Shown piece after piece: positions 1 to 13,053 of a stretch of DNA of 64,000 bases (position 1 is its first letter; the number at the start of each line of letters is the position of its first letter). The notes under the pieces were generated by a model. That model worked only from the letters and a program-made list of their open reading frames with translations. It was not told the origin of the DNA and searched no databases. The DNA is from Eledone cirrhosa. Lineage: Eukaryota. Where the stretch lies: assembly GCA_964016885.1 (NCBI GenBank), contig OZ024741.1, forward strand, positions 396,924,001 through 396,988,000. The letters run 5' to 3'. The position numbers and the translations under genes were made by a program.

Positions 1-40
1 TACTAGTGTTGTTGTTGCTGCTGCTTTTGATTTTAGCTAC

Positions 41-184
41 GAGGGACGTCTGAGTGTTCAAATCCCGCCGAGGTTAACTTTGCCTTTCATCCTTACGGGG
101 TCGTCGATAAAATAAAGTACCAGTAATGTACTGGGTAATTGATGGCCTTGTGCCAAAAGTAGAAACAATTATTATTATTATATT
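41..184 (+). mobile_element. tRNA-derived SINE family 1, internally deleted copy
   Basis: B-box GTTCAAATCC, central GCCTTTCATCCTTACGGGGTCG...ATAAAATAAAGTACCAGT, tail GGCCTTGTGCCAAAAGTAGAAACA-(ATT)n shared with >12 copies in the window. Confidence 0.85.
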
Positions 185-192
185 ATATTAAA

Positions 193-394
193 GGGCGGTG
201 GATTGGCAGTATCGGTAGAGGGTCGGACGCCATGCTTTGCAGCAAAGATTTACGGCCCTTTATGATCTGAGTTCAAATCCAGCCGAGGTTAACTTCGCCT
301 TTCATCCTAACGAGGTCGATAAAATAAAGTACCAGTAATGCACTGGGATGATTGCTGGCCTTGTGCCAAAAGTAGAAAGAATTATTATTATTAT
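193..394 (+). mobile_element. tRNA-derived SINE family 1, full-length
   Basis: A-box TGGCAGTATCGG, B-box GTTCAAATCC, conserved central domain, (ATT)n tail. Confidence 0.9.
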
Positions 395-570
395 TTGACA
401 TCGTTTAAACCACAGGTTCTCAACCCATTTAGGCCAACCCATTTTTGTCCCTCAAAATCACGAAACGCCCCCTACCCTATTTTTCCATTTTTCAATATAC
501 TTTTGATATCAGTCGATTACTAAAAATAAAAAAAAATAAAAATAAATAAATAAAAATAAAAAATAAAAAA

Positions 571-613
<43 letters not shown>

Positions 614-705
614 AAAAAAAATAAAAAAAAATTGTTTGTTTGCTTCGTAACAATAGCATATCCAAGTTTTTGGATAAATCAAATTACTTTAACTTTGACC
701 TCATT

Positions 706-1720
706 TCAATGGAACCCTTGAGCTTCATGGAGTCTAGCTAACTCTTTGACGTGAGGCTGAATTTTCGTAAGATGTAGCCAGAGATCTCCATATGTAATTA
801 CATTGTAGCGGTTGCGAGACTTACTGTGCAGTCTGGAAACAGCACCAAACCTCTTCTCGACTAAGTATGAGCTTGGACAAGACAGAGCAAATCTCTTAGC
901 CTCTGCATGTAGATGTGGAAATCGACGCTGAATTTCCTCTTGCATCCAAAAAAGGGGTTCACCTATTTTAGGAAATCTAATTTTGATCATGTCATCTGTT
1001 TGAAGTTCAATGAATTCTTCCTGAAATTTAACGTCCAAATTGTCGACAGTAGCTATGAAGGAATCTGCTATCCACATTGGGATGTCCATCGGCTAAAGGT
1101 CAACAAACCGTTCTCTTGTAGCGAAGATAGGTGAGTATTATAAATTTGGAGTTGGTCATCGCTTACAATGTTTTGAACATTGGCGACACTCGCAAAATTA
1201 TAGAATTCCCGTCAACAAAGATCCTTTCGATGACATTCAATTTGGCCAGGAATGTTTTCACAGCACTACTTGCTTTAAGCAAGGTGATCTTCTTCCCCTA
1301 CAAAGCCATAATGACGCTATTGCATTTGTCGAAGATGTCGGCGAGGTAGGCACAGTCTTACCTAACATCAAGGGTTTTCTTGTACAGTTCTCTGTTGCGT
1401 CCTCGAAGAAATTCAATGATAGAGTCGAACAGTTCAAAGAAGTGAGTAAGGCACTTGCTCTTTAAAAGCCACCTCACTTCAGTATGAAGGAGCAGCTTGA
1501 CGAATTCTTTGTCATTATCATGGCACAGTTGCCGGAAAATTTGTTCATTGAGGGATGGCGTTTGATAAAATTGATGACATCAATGGCCACCTGCAAGGAC
1601 TTGCTCAGCGGCTCGCTGAGTTTCTTCGCAGCCAAGTGTTGTCAATCAATTACACAATGAGAACAAATATAGATAGATTTTCTCTCTTCGTTGGCGGACT
1701 ATTGTTCTTGCGTCGTTCGT
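706..1720 (-). pseudogene. hAT transposase C-terminal remnant (disrupted)
   Basis: ORF 706-1089 has a hATC dimerisation-like motif (CPSSYLVEKRFGAV...DLWLHLT); upstream minus-strand frame reads HCVID*QHLAAKKLS near 1620-1660; stops and frameshifts. Confidence 0.8.
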
Positions 1721-1736
1721 AGCACATGATACAATG

Positions 1737-2141
1737 TGTGTTGTATGTGGTCCTAGATGTATGTATTACTTGCCTGTGTGTTGTATGTAGTCCTAGGTGT
1801 ATGTACTACCTGATTATGTATTGCATGTGGTCCTAGCTGTATGTATTACCTGCTTGCGTGTTGTATGTGCTCCTAGATGTGTGTATTACCTCCTTATGCG
1901 TTGTATGTGGTTCTAGATGTATGTATTACCTGATTATGTGTTGTATGTGGTCCTAGACGTTTGTATTACCTGATTATGTGTTGTATGTGGTTCTAGATGT
2001 GTGTGCTACCTGATTATGTATTGCATGTGGTCCTAGCTGTATGTATTACCTACCTGTGTGTTGTATGTGGTCCTAGATGTGTGTATTACCTGCTTATGTG
2101 TTGTATGTGGTCCTAGATGTGTGTGCTACCCGCTTCTGTGT
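1737..2141. repeat. 40-bp minisatellite, ~10 copies, inside the hAT element
   Basis: Unit ~TGTGTTGTATGTGGTCCTAGATGTATGTATTACCTGATTA recurring every 40 nt. Confidence 0.9.
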
Positions 2142-2589
2142 TTTTTTCTTTTCTTTTTTCTTTAATTGTAATATTATTTATACAATAGGGAATAAAATAG
2201 ATCTACATAGTGTTAATTCGTTACGGTTGAGTCAATAATTTCAGACATGAAATACATTGTTATCGGTGAAGGAAAGACAAGATTCTAACTGGCTGCACTC
2301 AAAGTGTCCTTGACCCAGCTGACTGTGGGTTTTTCCAATTTTAAGATCTCAATTACCAGTTAATGTCTAGAAACGCCTGCTCACAGCTGCGGTCAGACCA
2401 TAGTTATGCTGTCTGCATGCTCATTCAAATGCATTCACACTGGCTGTCTTAGAGATATACAAATATGGCTTATAAAGCTTGCCAAAGTAAAGAGCCTTCC
2501 AGCGCCCCTCTAATGCCCCCTAGAGTTCTGAAACGCCCCCTGGGGGTGCATATGCCCCCCGTTGAGAACCTTTGGTTTAAACTAAACAT

Positions 2590-3110
2590 TTTGAGAGAGT
2601 TTAGAGATACAACGACAATAATTATTATGGTGTTGTTGTTACTGTTTGACCGGGTCACTAAATCAGTCTATTTATATCTTTTGGTGATTTCCTCGCTTCT
2701 AGTCATGTGTAGTGATACTACTACCATCCCTCTCTTAACAGGGGGTAGTGGGGGAATAGTGGTGGTAGTGATGATGCAGTGATGACGGTGGTGATGGGTT
2801 AGTAGTACTGTAGTGATGGTGTTGTTGCTGTTGTTAGTTTGTATCTAGCTAAATTTTTTTGTGGTAGTGATGGTAGTTGCGGCGGCGGTGGTGGTGTTGG
2901 TGTTGAAATTATTTGGCTGTTGTTTTCTTCCATTTGTGACCATTTGTAACCATTTTCTTTTTTGACTATAACATTTCTGATAGAAAATTAAATATTAAAT
3001 ATTTGAGCCCTATGCCATAGTGTTATGTGTTGTCACTTTCTGAGAGTTAAGACTGGTGTCTTATGTTCCATTTGTAATAAAAATTATTCTATTACAATTG
3101 TTTTAAATAT
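2590..3110. repeat. Unclassified dispersed repeat (copy 1; inverted copy at ~29860-30600)
   Basis: TTTGACCGGGTCACTAAATCAGTCTATTTATATCTTTTG and GAGAGTTAAGACTGGTGTCTTATGTTCCATTTGTA match the reverse complement of segments near 30480-30515 and 29905-29940. Confidence 0.6.
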
Positions 3111-3119
3111 GTAATTATC

Positions 3120-3680
3120 CGGCTCTCTATGTTCTTAGTTTAAAACCAGTTAAGCTCAACTTTAACTTTCATCCTTCCGAGGTCGATAAAATAAAGGACC
3201 AGTAATGCACTGGGGTCTATTTAATCGACTTGCCACTCCCCCAAAATCAAAAACCATTATTATTTTGGCAGTAGCGGTAGAGTGTTGGACACCTTGCTTT
3301 GTGGCATAGAGTTACTGTTCTTTACGTTCTGAGTTCAAATCCCACCGAGGTTTGCTTTGCCTTTCATCCTTACGGGGTCGATAAAATAAAGTACCAATAT
3401 TGTACTGGGGTCGATTTAATCGACTTTCCCCTCCACAAATTGCTGGCCTTGTGCCTAAATCAGAAATCATTATTATTATTTCTCTATTAGGCGGTGGATT
3501 GGCAGTATCGGTAGAGGGTCGGACGTCATGCTTTGCAGCATAGAGTTACATCCCTTTACGATCTGAGTTCAAATCCTGCCTAGGTTAACTTCGCCTTTCA
3601 TCCTTATGGGGTCGATAAAATAAAGTACCAGTAATGTACTGGGATAGTTGCTGGCCTTGTGCCAAAAGTAGAAACATTTC
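3120..3680 (+). mobile_element. Three tandem SINE family 1 copies (~3120-3265, 3266-3480, 3489-3680)
   Basis: Repeated central domain GTCGATAAAATAAAG(G/T)ACCA, A/B boxes in copies 2 and 3, ATT-rich junctions. Confidence 0.85.
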
Positions 3681-3929
3681 TTTATTTTGTCGTCACTGCA
3701 ATACCGAACATAACCCTGTGTGCCTTGGATACATGCAGTGTGGCTTTTGGTGGTGTTGTTTCTATTGTATTGAGAGTATTCTTCGTAATATGTTGTATAT
3801 ATATGTATGTCATGGGGTTTTGGTTATATATTCGTCCATGTGATGTATTATCATTCCCAGTGCACCTATTATTATAGGGATTGTTTCTGTCTTCATCATC
3901 CACATTCGGGTTATTTCTATCTCTAGATC

Positions 3930-4810
3930 GAAACCATTAAATGTGGGAATCGAACTCTGCCAAGGGTGAGTACTGTCACCTCACCTGTTCATTATTTACA
4001 CGAATAGGGCGGTGAAATGGCAGTATCTGTAGAGGGTCGGACATGCTTTCCAGCATAGTTACGCCCCATTACGGTCTGAGTTCAAATCCCGCCGAGGTCA
4101 ACGTTGCTTTTCATCCTACGGGGTCGATAAAATAAAGTACCAGTAATGTACTGGGTAATTGCTGGCCTTGTGCCAAAAGAAGAAACAATTATTTACACGA
4201 ACAGAATTGACATGCGCAGCCGGGTTGGAAGTGGTATCATGACTGACGGGTGTAAAATCAGTTGGCTGGAATTTGCAGACGACTTGGTGTTACTTAATTC
4301 GGCAGAAGGTGATCTCCGACTTGCACTTGATAGGTTTGATGCCGATTGCAGCATGGTTGGAATGAAAATCAGTGCTGCGAAAACTGCGACACATGCCCTC
4401 TCAAGGAAGCCTGCGCAGTGCACTCTACATGTGAATGGAGTTCCACTGAAGCAGGTAGAGAAGTTCAAGTATCTCGAGCCTGTGTTCATGAGTGATGTAA
4501 GGCAGGAGGGTTAATTAAGTGCAAGAATTGCAGGAGCTGGTGCAGGAAAGCGCCATCTTTGGCATTCAGTAATCAGAAGAAGGAAGGTAAGTGTAAAAGC
4601 CAAAACTCGCTGTCTTCAATTCGATATTCTTGCCCACCCTTACCTATTGTCATGAATCTTAGGTAAGGACCAAAAGAATACGATCGCGAATACGAGTGGA
4701 AATTAGTGTAATACCAGGTAGAGCCACTACTTGTCTCAATATAGAATCGCCTGACAGATTCTACGGGCAAAACCAACCAGCAGGTGACCCAGAGGTAGAC
4801 CCCGAGCAAC
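3930..4810 (+). pseudogene. RTE-clade LINE reverse transcriptase fragment, interrupted by a SINE
   Basis: VGIELCQG*VLSPHLFIIY (QG motif) before the SINE, then LEFADDLVLL and KQVEKFKYL in ORF 4146-4514. Confidence 0.75.
4007..4190 (+). mobile_element. SINE family 1 with 14-bp TSD
   Basis: A/B boxes and tail; ATTATTTACACGAA duplicated at 3991-4004 and 4188-4201. Confidence 0.9.
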
Positions 4811-5479
4811 TCCACAGAAAGTTCAATTGCAAACGCTAATAGCACCCAGAAATAAACACAGCACTAGCGCTTACGCACAAACGAACACAACTCCACACAA
4901 ACCCCACCAGCAGACCCCACTATCACCCAGAAATGCACACAGAGCGAGCTCTTATTGAAGCACTTGAGCTGACTGTGTCACACCAAAACACACATACCAT
5001 CATTTGACAAAACACAATTAATATCACATGAAACCAGTACATAAGCAGCTCATCTTGCACCTACCCAAGCTACACATCCAACCCTTCACTTACATACACT
5101 CTTATATAGGTATGTACCACAATATTTCTTTACGCTAGAGGTATAAAAATGACAACAGCAATCCTAGCACTCCATTACAGAAATATCAATACCTAATTGC
5201 ACGCGGACAGTCTCCACGACCCCCATGACCACCCTTGGAACATACATACGTACCCAAGACAAAAATAGGCCCTTACATTGCATAATAAATAGTAATCACC
5301 CACTCCACCTATTGTACTATAAATACATGAAATATAGTCACCACCACTAATACCATAGTACCACGAAATATGGATATTTGAAGCAAATCAAATCTATACA
5401 CGTAACGGTAATTTAAGTGATGGCTTAGTAACTAATAAATAAACTTGAACCAAAAAATCCACTAGACTTTACTTTAATA

Positions 5480-5712
5480 GTGTGTGTGTATGTGTCGACA
5501 GCTCCCACCTATGCAGGTTTAGCTGGCCTCCTCCAAGGTATATCTCGTTAGAGGCGTCTTGGGTGATTTAATGATAGGGACCCCAGCTGAGTAAACTGGA
5601 GCAACGTGAAATAAAGAGTCTTGCTCAAGGAAACAACACATCACCCGGTCCGAGGATTGAACTCACAACCTTTCGATTGCAGGCTCAATACTCTAACCAC
5701 TAAGCCATGAAC
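5480..5712 (-). mobile_element. tRNA-derived SINE family 2 (CORE-like central domain)
   Basis: Minus strand TGGCTTAGTGG A-box, GAGTTCAATCC B-box, CCTTGAGCAAGAC core, CA-rich tail; sister copy at 61085-61345. Confidence 0.75.
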
Positions 5713-5921
5713 CTTTACTTTAATAGTAGCAGCTAGTTGTTCATTGTTTCAGATAACTACCAAATAAGTCAGCTCTTCACTGATAGATATATTTAATTTG
5801 CCAAACGGTGAATTTGGACAATTCTTTGATTAGGGCGATCGGCTGCTGAGTCTGACGTCAGTTCTATAGACCTGTTGTCTGAAGGTTGGGATAACCAGGC
5901 CTAGGGGCAAACATACGAAGA

Positions 5922-5923
<2 letters not shown>

Positions 5924-6004
<81 letters not shown>

Positions 6005-9000
6005 ACATGTACGCACGCACGTACATACTTACACACAGACACACACATACACATACACTCAGTAAGACACACACATACACATACACTCAGTAAGACACAC
6101 ACATACACATACACACTCAGTAACACACACACATACACATACACACTCAGGAAGACACACACATACACATACATACTCAGTAAGACATACACATACACAT
6201 ACACACTAAGTAAGACATACACACTCAGTAAGACACACACATACACATACACACTAAGTAAGACACACATATACACATACACACTCAGGAAGACACACAC
6301 ATACACATACACACTCAGGAAGACACACACATACACATACACACTCAGGAAGACACACACATACACATACACACTCATTTAGACACACACATACACATAC
6401 ACACTCAGTAAGACACACACATACACATACACACTCAGGAAGACACACACATACACATACACACTCAGTAAGACACACATATACACATACACACTCAGTA
6501 AGACACACATACACATACACACTCACTAAGACACACACATACACATACACACTCAGTAAGACACACACATACACATACACACTCAGTAATACACACACGT
6601 ACACACATACACTCAGTAAGACACACACATACACATACACACTCAGTAAGACATACACATACACACTCAGTAAGATACACATACACATACACACTCAGTA
6701 AGACACACACATACATATACACACTCAGTAAGACACACACGTACACACATACACTCAGTAAGACACACACATACACATACACACTCAGTAAGACATACAC
6801 ATACACACTCAGTAAGATACACATACACATACACACTCAGTAAGACACACACATACATATACACACTCAGTAAGACACACACGTACACACATACACTCAG
6901 TAAGACACACACATACACATACACACTCAGTAAGACATACACATACACACTCAGTAAGATACACATACACATACACACTCAGTAAGACACACACATATAT
7001 ATACACACTCAGTAAGACACACACGTACACATACACACTCAGTAAGACACACACATACACATACACAGTAAGACACATACCTACACACACATACATATAC
7101 ACACTAAGACACATATCTACACACACACATACATATACACACTAAGACACATATCTACACACACATACATATACACAGTAAGACACATATCTACACACAC
7201 ACATATACACACTAAGACACATGTCTACACACACACATACATATACATACTAAGACACATATCTACACTCACATACATATACACAGTAAGAGACATATCT
7301 ACACACACATACATATACACACTAAGACACATATCTACACACATACATATACACACTAAGACACATGTCTACACACACACATACATATACACAATAAGAC
7401 ACATATCTACACACACATACATATACGCAGTAAGACACATATCTACACACACATACATATACACACTAAGACACATATCTACACACACACATACATATAC
7501 ACAGTAAGAGACATATCTACACACATACGTATACACACTAAGACACATATCTACACACACATACATATACACAGTAAGACACATATCTACACACACATAC
7601 ATATACACTAAGACACATATCTACACACACATACATATACACACTAAGACACATATCTACACACACATACGTATACACACTAAAACATATCTACACACAC
7701 ATACATACACACACTAAGACACATATCTACACACACACATATACACACTAAGACACATATCTACACACATACATATACACACTAAGACACATATCTACAC
7801 ACACACATACATATACACACTAAGACACATATTCTACACACACACATACATATACACAGTAAGACACATATCTACACCCACACATACATATACACAGTAA
7901 GACACATATCTACACACACATACATATACACAGTAAGAAACATATCTACACACATACATATACACACTAAGACACATATCTACACACACATACATATACA
8001 CAGTAAGACACATATCTACACACACACAAACATACACACTAAGACACATATCTACACACACATACATATACACACTAAGACACATATCTACACATACATA
8101 CATATACACAGTAAGACACATATCTACACACACATACATATACACACTAAGACACATATTTACACGTACATATACACAGTAAGACACATGTCTACACACA
8201 CATACATATACACACTAAGACACATATCTACACACACATACATATACACACTAAGACACATATCTACACATACATACATATACACAGTAAGACACATATC
8301 TACACACACATACATATACACACTAAGACACATATTTAGACATACATATATACAGTAAGACACATATTCTACACACACATACATATACACACTAAGACAC
8401 ATATCTACACACATACATACATATACACACTAAGACACATATCTACACATACTTACATATACACACTAAGACACATATCTACACACACATACATATACAC
8501 ACTAAGACACATATCTACACACACATACATATACACACTAAGAAACATATCTACACACACTTACATATACACAGTAAGACACATATCTACACACACATAC
8601 ATATACACAGTAAGAAACATATCTACGCACACATACATATACACACTAAGACACATATTTACACATACATATACACAGCAAGACACATATTCTACACACA
8701 CATACATATACACACTAAGACACATATCTACTCACACACATACATATACACAGTAAGACACATATCTACCCACATACATATACACACTAAGACACATATC
8801 TACACACACTTACATATACACAGTAAGAAACATATCTACACACACATACATATACACACTAAGACACATATTTACACATACATATACACAGTAAGACACA
8901 TATTCTACACACACATACATATACACACTAAGACACATATCTACTCACACACATACATATACACACTAAGACACATATCTACCCACATACATACATATAC

Positions 9001-12000
9001 ACACTAAGACACATATCTACCCACATACATACATATACACAGTAAGACACATATCTACACACACATACATATACACAGTAAGATACATATCTACCCACAT
9101 ATATACATATACACAGTAAGACACATATCTACACATACATACATATACACACTAAGACACATATCTACACACACATACATATACACAGTAAGACTCATAT
9201 CTACACACACATACATATACATACTAAGAAACATATCTACACACATACATATACACACTAAGACACATATCTACACCCACACATACATATAAACACTAAG
9301 ACACATATCTACACATACTTACATATACACACTAAGACACATATTCTACACACATACATATACACACTAAGACACATATTCTACACACACATACATATAC
9401 ACACTAAGACACATATTCTACTCACACATACATATACACACTAAGACACATATTCTACACACACATACATATACACAGTAAGACACATATCTACACACAC
9501 ACATACATATACACACTAAGACACATATTCTACACACATACATACACACACTAAGACACATATCTACACACACATACATATACACACTAAGACACATATC
9601 TACACACACATACATATACACACTAAGACACATATCTACACACACATACATATACACACTAAGACACATATTCTACTCACACATACATATACACACTAAG
9701 ACACATATTCTACACACACATACATATACACACTAAGACACATATCTACACACACACACACATACACACTAAGACACATATCTACACACACATACATATA
9801 CACACTAAGACACATATTCTACACACACATACATATACACACTAAGACACATATTCTACTCACACATACATATACACACTAAGACACATATTCTACTCAC
9901 ACATACATATACACACTAAGACACATATCTACACACACATACATATACACACTAAGACACATATCTACACATACACACTAAGACACATATCTACACCCAC
10001 ACATACATATACACACTAAGACACATATCTACACACACACACACATACACACTAAGACACATATCTACACACACATACATATACACACTAAGACACATAT
10101 CTACACACACATACATATACACACTAAGAGACATATCTACACACACATACATATACACAGTAAGACACATATCTACACATACATACATATACACACTAAG
10201 AAACATATCTACACACATACATATACACACTAAGACACATATCTACACATACACATACATACACACACTAAGACACATATCTACACATACATATACGCTG
10301 TAAGACACATATCTACACACACATACATATACATACTAAGACACATATCTACCCACACACATACATATACACACTAAGACACATATCTACACACACATAC
10401 ATATACACAGTAAGACACATATCTACACACACTTACATATACACAGTAAGAAACATATCTACACCCACACATACATACACACACTAAGACACATATCTAC
10501 ACACATACATATACACACTAAGACATATCTACACCCACACATACATATAAACACTAAGACACATATCTACACATACTTACATATACACACTGAGACACAT
10601 ATTCTACACACATACATACGTATACACAGTAAGACACATATTCTACACACACACATACATATACACACTAAGACACATATTCCACACACACATACATATA
10701 CACACTAAGACACATATTCTACTCACACATACATATACACACTAAGACACATATTCTACACACACATACATATACACAGTAAGACACATATCTACACACA
10801 CACATACATATACACACTAAGACACATATCTACACCCACACATACATACACACACTAAGACACATATTCTACTCACACATACATATACACACTAAGACAC
10901 ATATCTACACACACATACATATACACACTAAGACACATATCTACACACACATACATATACACACTAAGACACATATCTACACACACATACATATACACAC
11001 TAAGACACATATCTACACACACACACACACATACACACTAAGACACATATCTACACACACACACACACATACACACTAAGACACATATCTACACACACAT
11101 ACATATACACACGAAGACACATATCTAGATACATACATATACACACTGAGACACATATCTACACACACATACATATACACACTAAGACACATATCTACAC
11201 ACACATACATATACACACTAAGACACATATTCTACACACACATACATATACACAGTAAGACACATATCTACACACACATACATATACACAGTAAGACACA
11301 TGTCTACACACACATACATATACACACTAAAACACATATCTATACACACATACATATACACACTAAGACACATATCTACACACATACATATACACACTAA
11401 GACACATATCTACACATACATACATATACACACTAAGACATATCTACACACATACATATACACAATAAGACACATATCTACAACAACATACATATACACA
11501 CTAAGAAACATATCTACACACATACATATACACAATAAGACACATATCTACAACAACATACATATACACACTAAGAAACATATCTACACACATACATATA
11601 CACACTAAGACACATATCTACACCCACACATACATATACACACTAAGACACACATCTACACATACACACATATACACAGTAAGACACATATCTACACACA
11701 CATACATATACACACTAAGACACATATCTACACCCACACATACATATACACACTAAGACACATATCTACACACATACATATACACACTAAGACATATCTA
11801 CACACACATACATATACACAGTAAGACATATCTACACAGACATACATATACATAGTAAGACACATGTCTACACATACATACATATACACACTATGACACA
11901 TATCTACCCACACACATACATATACACAGTAAGACACATATCTACCCACACATACATATACACACTAAGACACATATTCTACACACACATACATATACAC

Positions 12001-12313
12001 ACTAAGACACATATCTACACATACATAGATTTACATAGTAAGACACATATCTACACACGCACATACATATACACACTAAGACACACATTCTACACACACA
12101 TACATATACACACTAAGATACATATCTACACACACACATACATATACACACTAAGACACATGTCTACACACATATACATATACACACTAAGATACATGTC
12201 TACACACACATACATATACACACTAAGATACATATCTACACACACATACATATACACACTAAGTCACATATCTACACATACATATACACACTAAGACACA
12301 TATCTACACACAT
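5924..12313. repeat. CA-derived satellite array, ~6.4 kb
   Basis: (CA)n 5924-5996; ~30-bp unit ACACACACATACACATACACACTCAGTAAG to ~7070; ~34-38-bp unit ACACATATCTACACACACATACATATACACACTAAG to 12313. Confidence 0.95.
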
Positions 12314-12322
12314 AATATACTG

Positions 12323-12999
12323 AGTTTACAAACAAACAAACCGAGCATTATAATAAATGTTCGGTAAACCGATACGTGCATATATATATGTGTGCATGTA
12401 TGTATATATATACATAGTCCTGTACGTCTGTATACATATATGTATGTACGTCTGTATACATATATGTATGTACGTATATATACATACATACTTACATTTT
12501 AGTAAGTGCTGTACTAAGAGTGAGAAATGAAATTTCGTTTCATTCTATTCCATTTATCGTTTTCGGTGCGCCCGGCCGACTGAACTCACTCGATATGCAA
12601 ATTAGGCTGCTCAGCCGTTAATATGCATAAGGAAAGTATATACTTTCAGACGTTCAACCATCTGGCAGGAAGGTATACGATGCTGACGATAGCTAATAAG
12701 CTTGAAACTAGTACATCGTTCCTGTGTCAGTGTTGAACAAAAAGGTGACGTGGTTGATTAAAACACTGTACGGCGTAATTCGGGCTGTTTGTTAGTTTAC
12801 AAACAAACAAACCGAGCATTATAATAAATGTTCGGTAAACCGATATGTGCATATATATATGTGTGCATGTATGTATATATATACATAGTACTGTACGTCT
12901 GTATACATGTATATATGTACGTATACATACATGCATACTTACATTTAAGTAAGTGCCGTATTAAGAGTGAGAAATGGAATTTCGTTTCATTCTATTCCA
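12323..12999 (+). mobile_element. Small non-coding hammerhead-containing partial-tandem element (retrozyme-like or Penelope pLTR-like)
   Basis: Direct repeats 12323-12552 and 12794-12999 (period 471 nt) enclosing a hammerhead motif; ends at (TA)n. Confidence 0.65.
12677..12719 (+). ncRNA. Type I minimal hammerhead ribozyme
   Basis: ACGATG-CTGACGA-TAGCT aata AGCTT-GAAA-CTAG-TA-CATCGT: 6-bp stem I, intact core, palindromic CTAG in stem III. Confidence 0.85.
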
Positions 13000-13053
13000 C
13001 TATATATATATAAATTGGATTCTGTCGATAGATTGGTTATTGATTAGGCGATA

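Larger units (their letters stand above)
411..2574 (-). mobile_element. hAT (Buster/Charlie-like) DNA transposon, defective
   Basis: TIRs CACAGGTTCTCAAC (411-424) and GTTGAGAACCTTTG (2561-2574), 13/14 match; perfect 8-bp TSD GTTTAAAC (403-410, 2575-2582) with central TA as typical of Buster; transposase remnants inside. Confidence 0.9.

Noticed and set aside
193-290. tRNA gene
   Set aside because: A and B boxes are present, but there is no cloverleaf and the sequence continues into the SINE body and tail
1737-12313. CRISPR-like regular repeats (40-bp and ~36-bp units)
   Set aside because: Contiguous tandem units without unique spacers, no cas genes, eukaryotic context
5830-12489. Many VCVY/HTYI-rich ORFs
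   Set aside because: Translations of the CA-derived satellite; no coding signal
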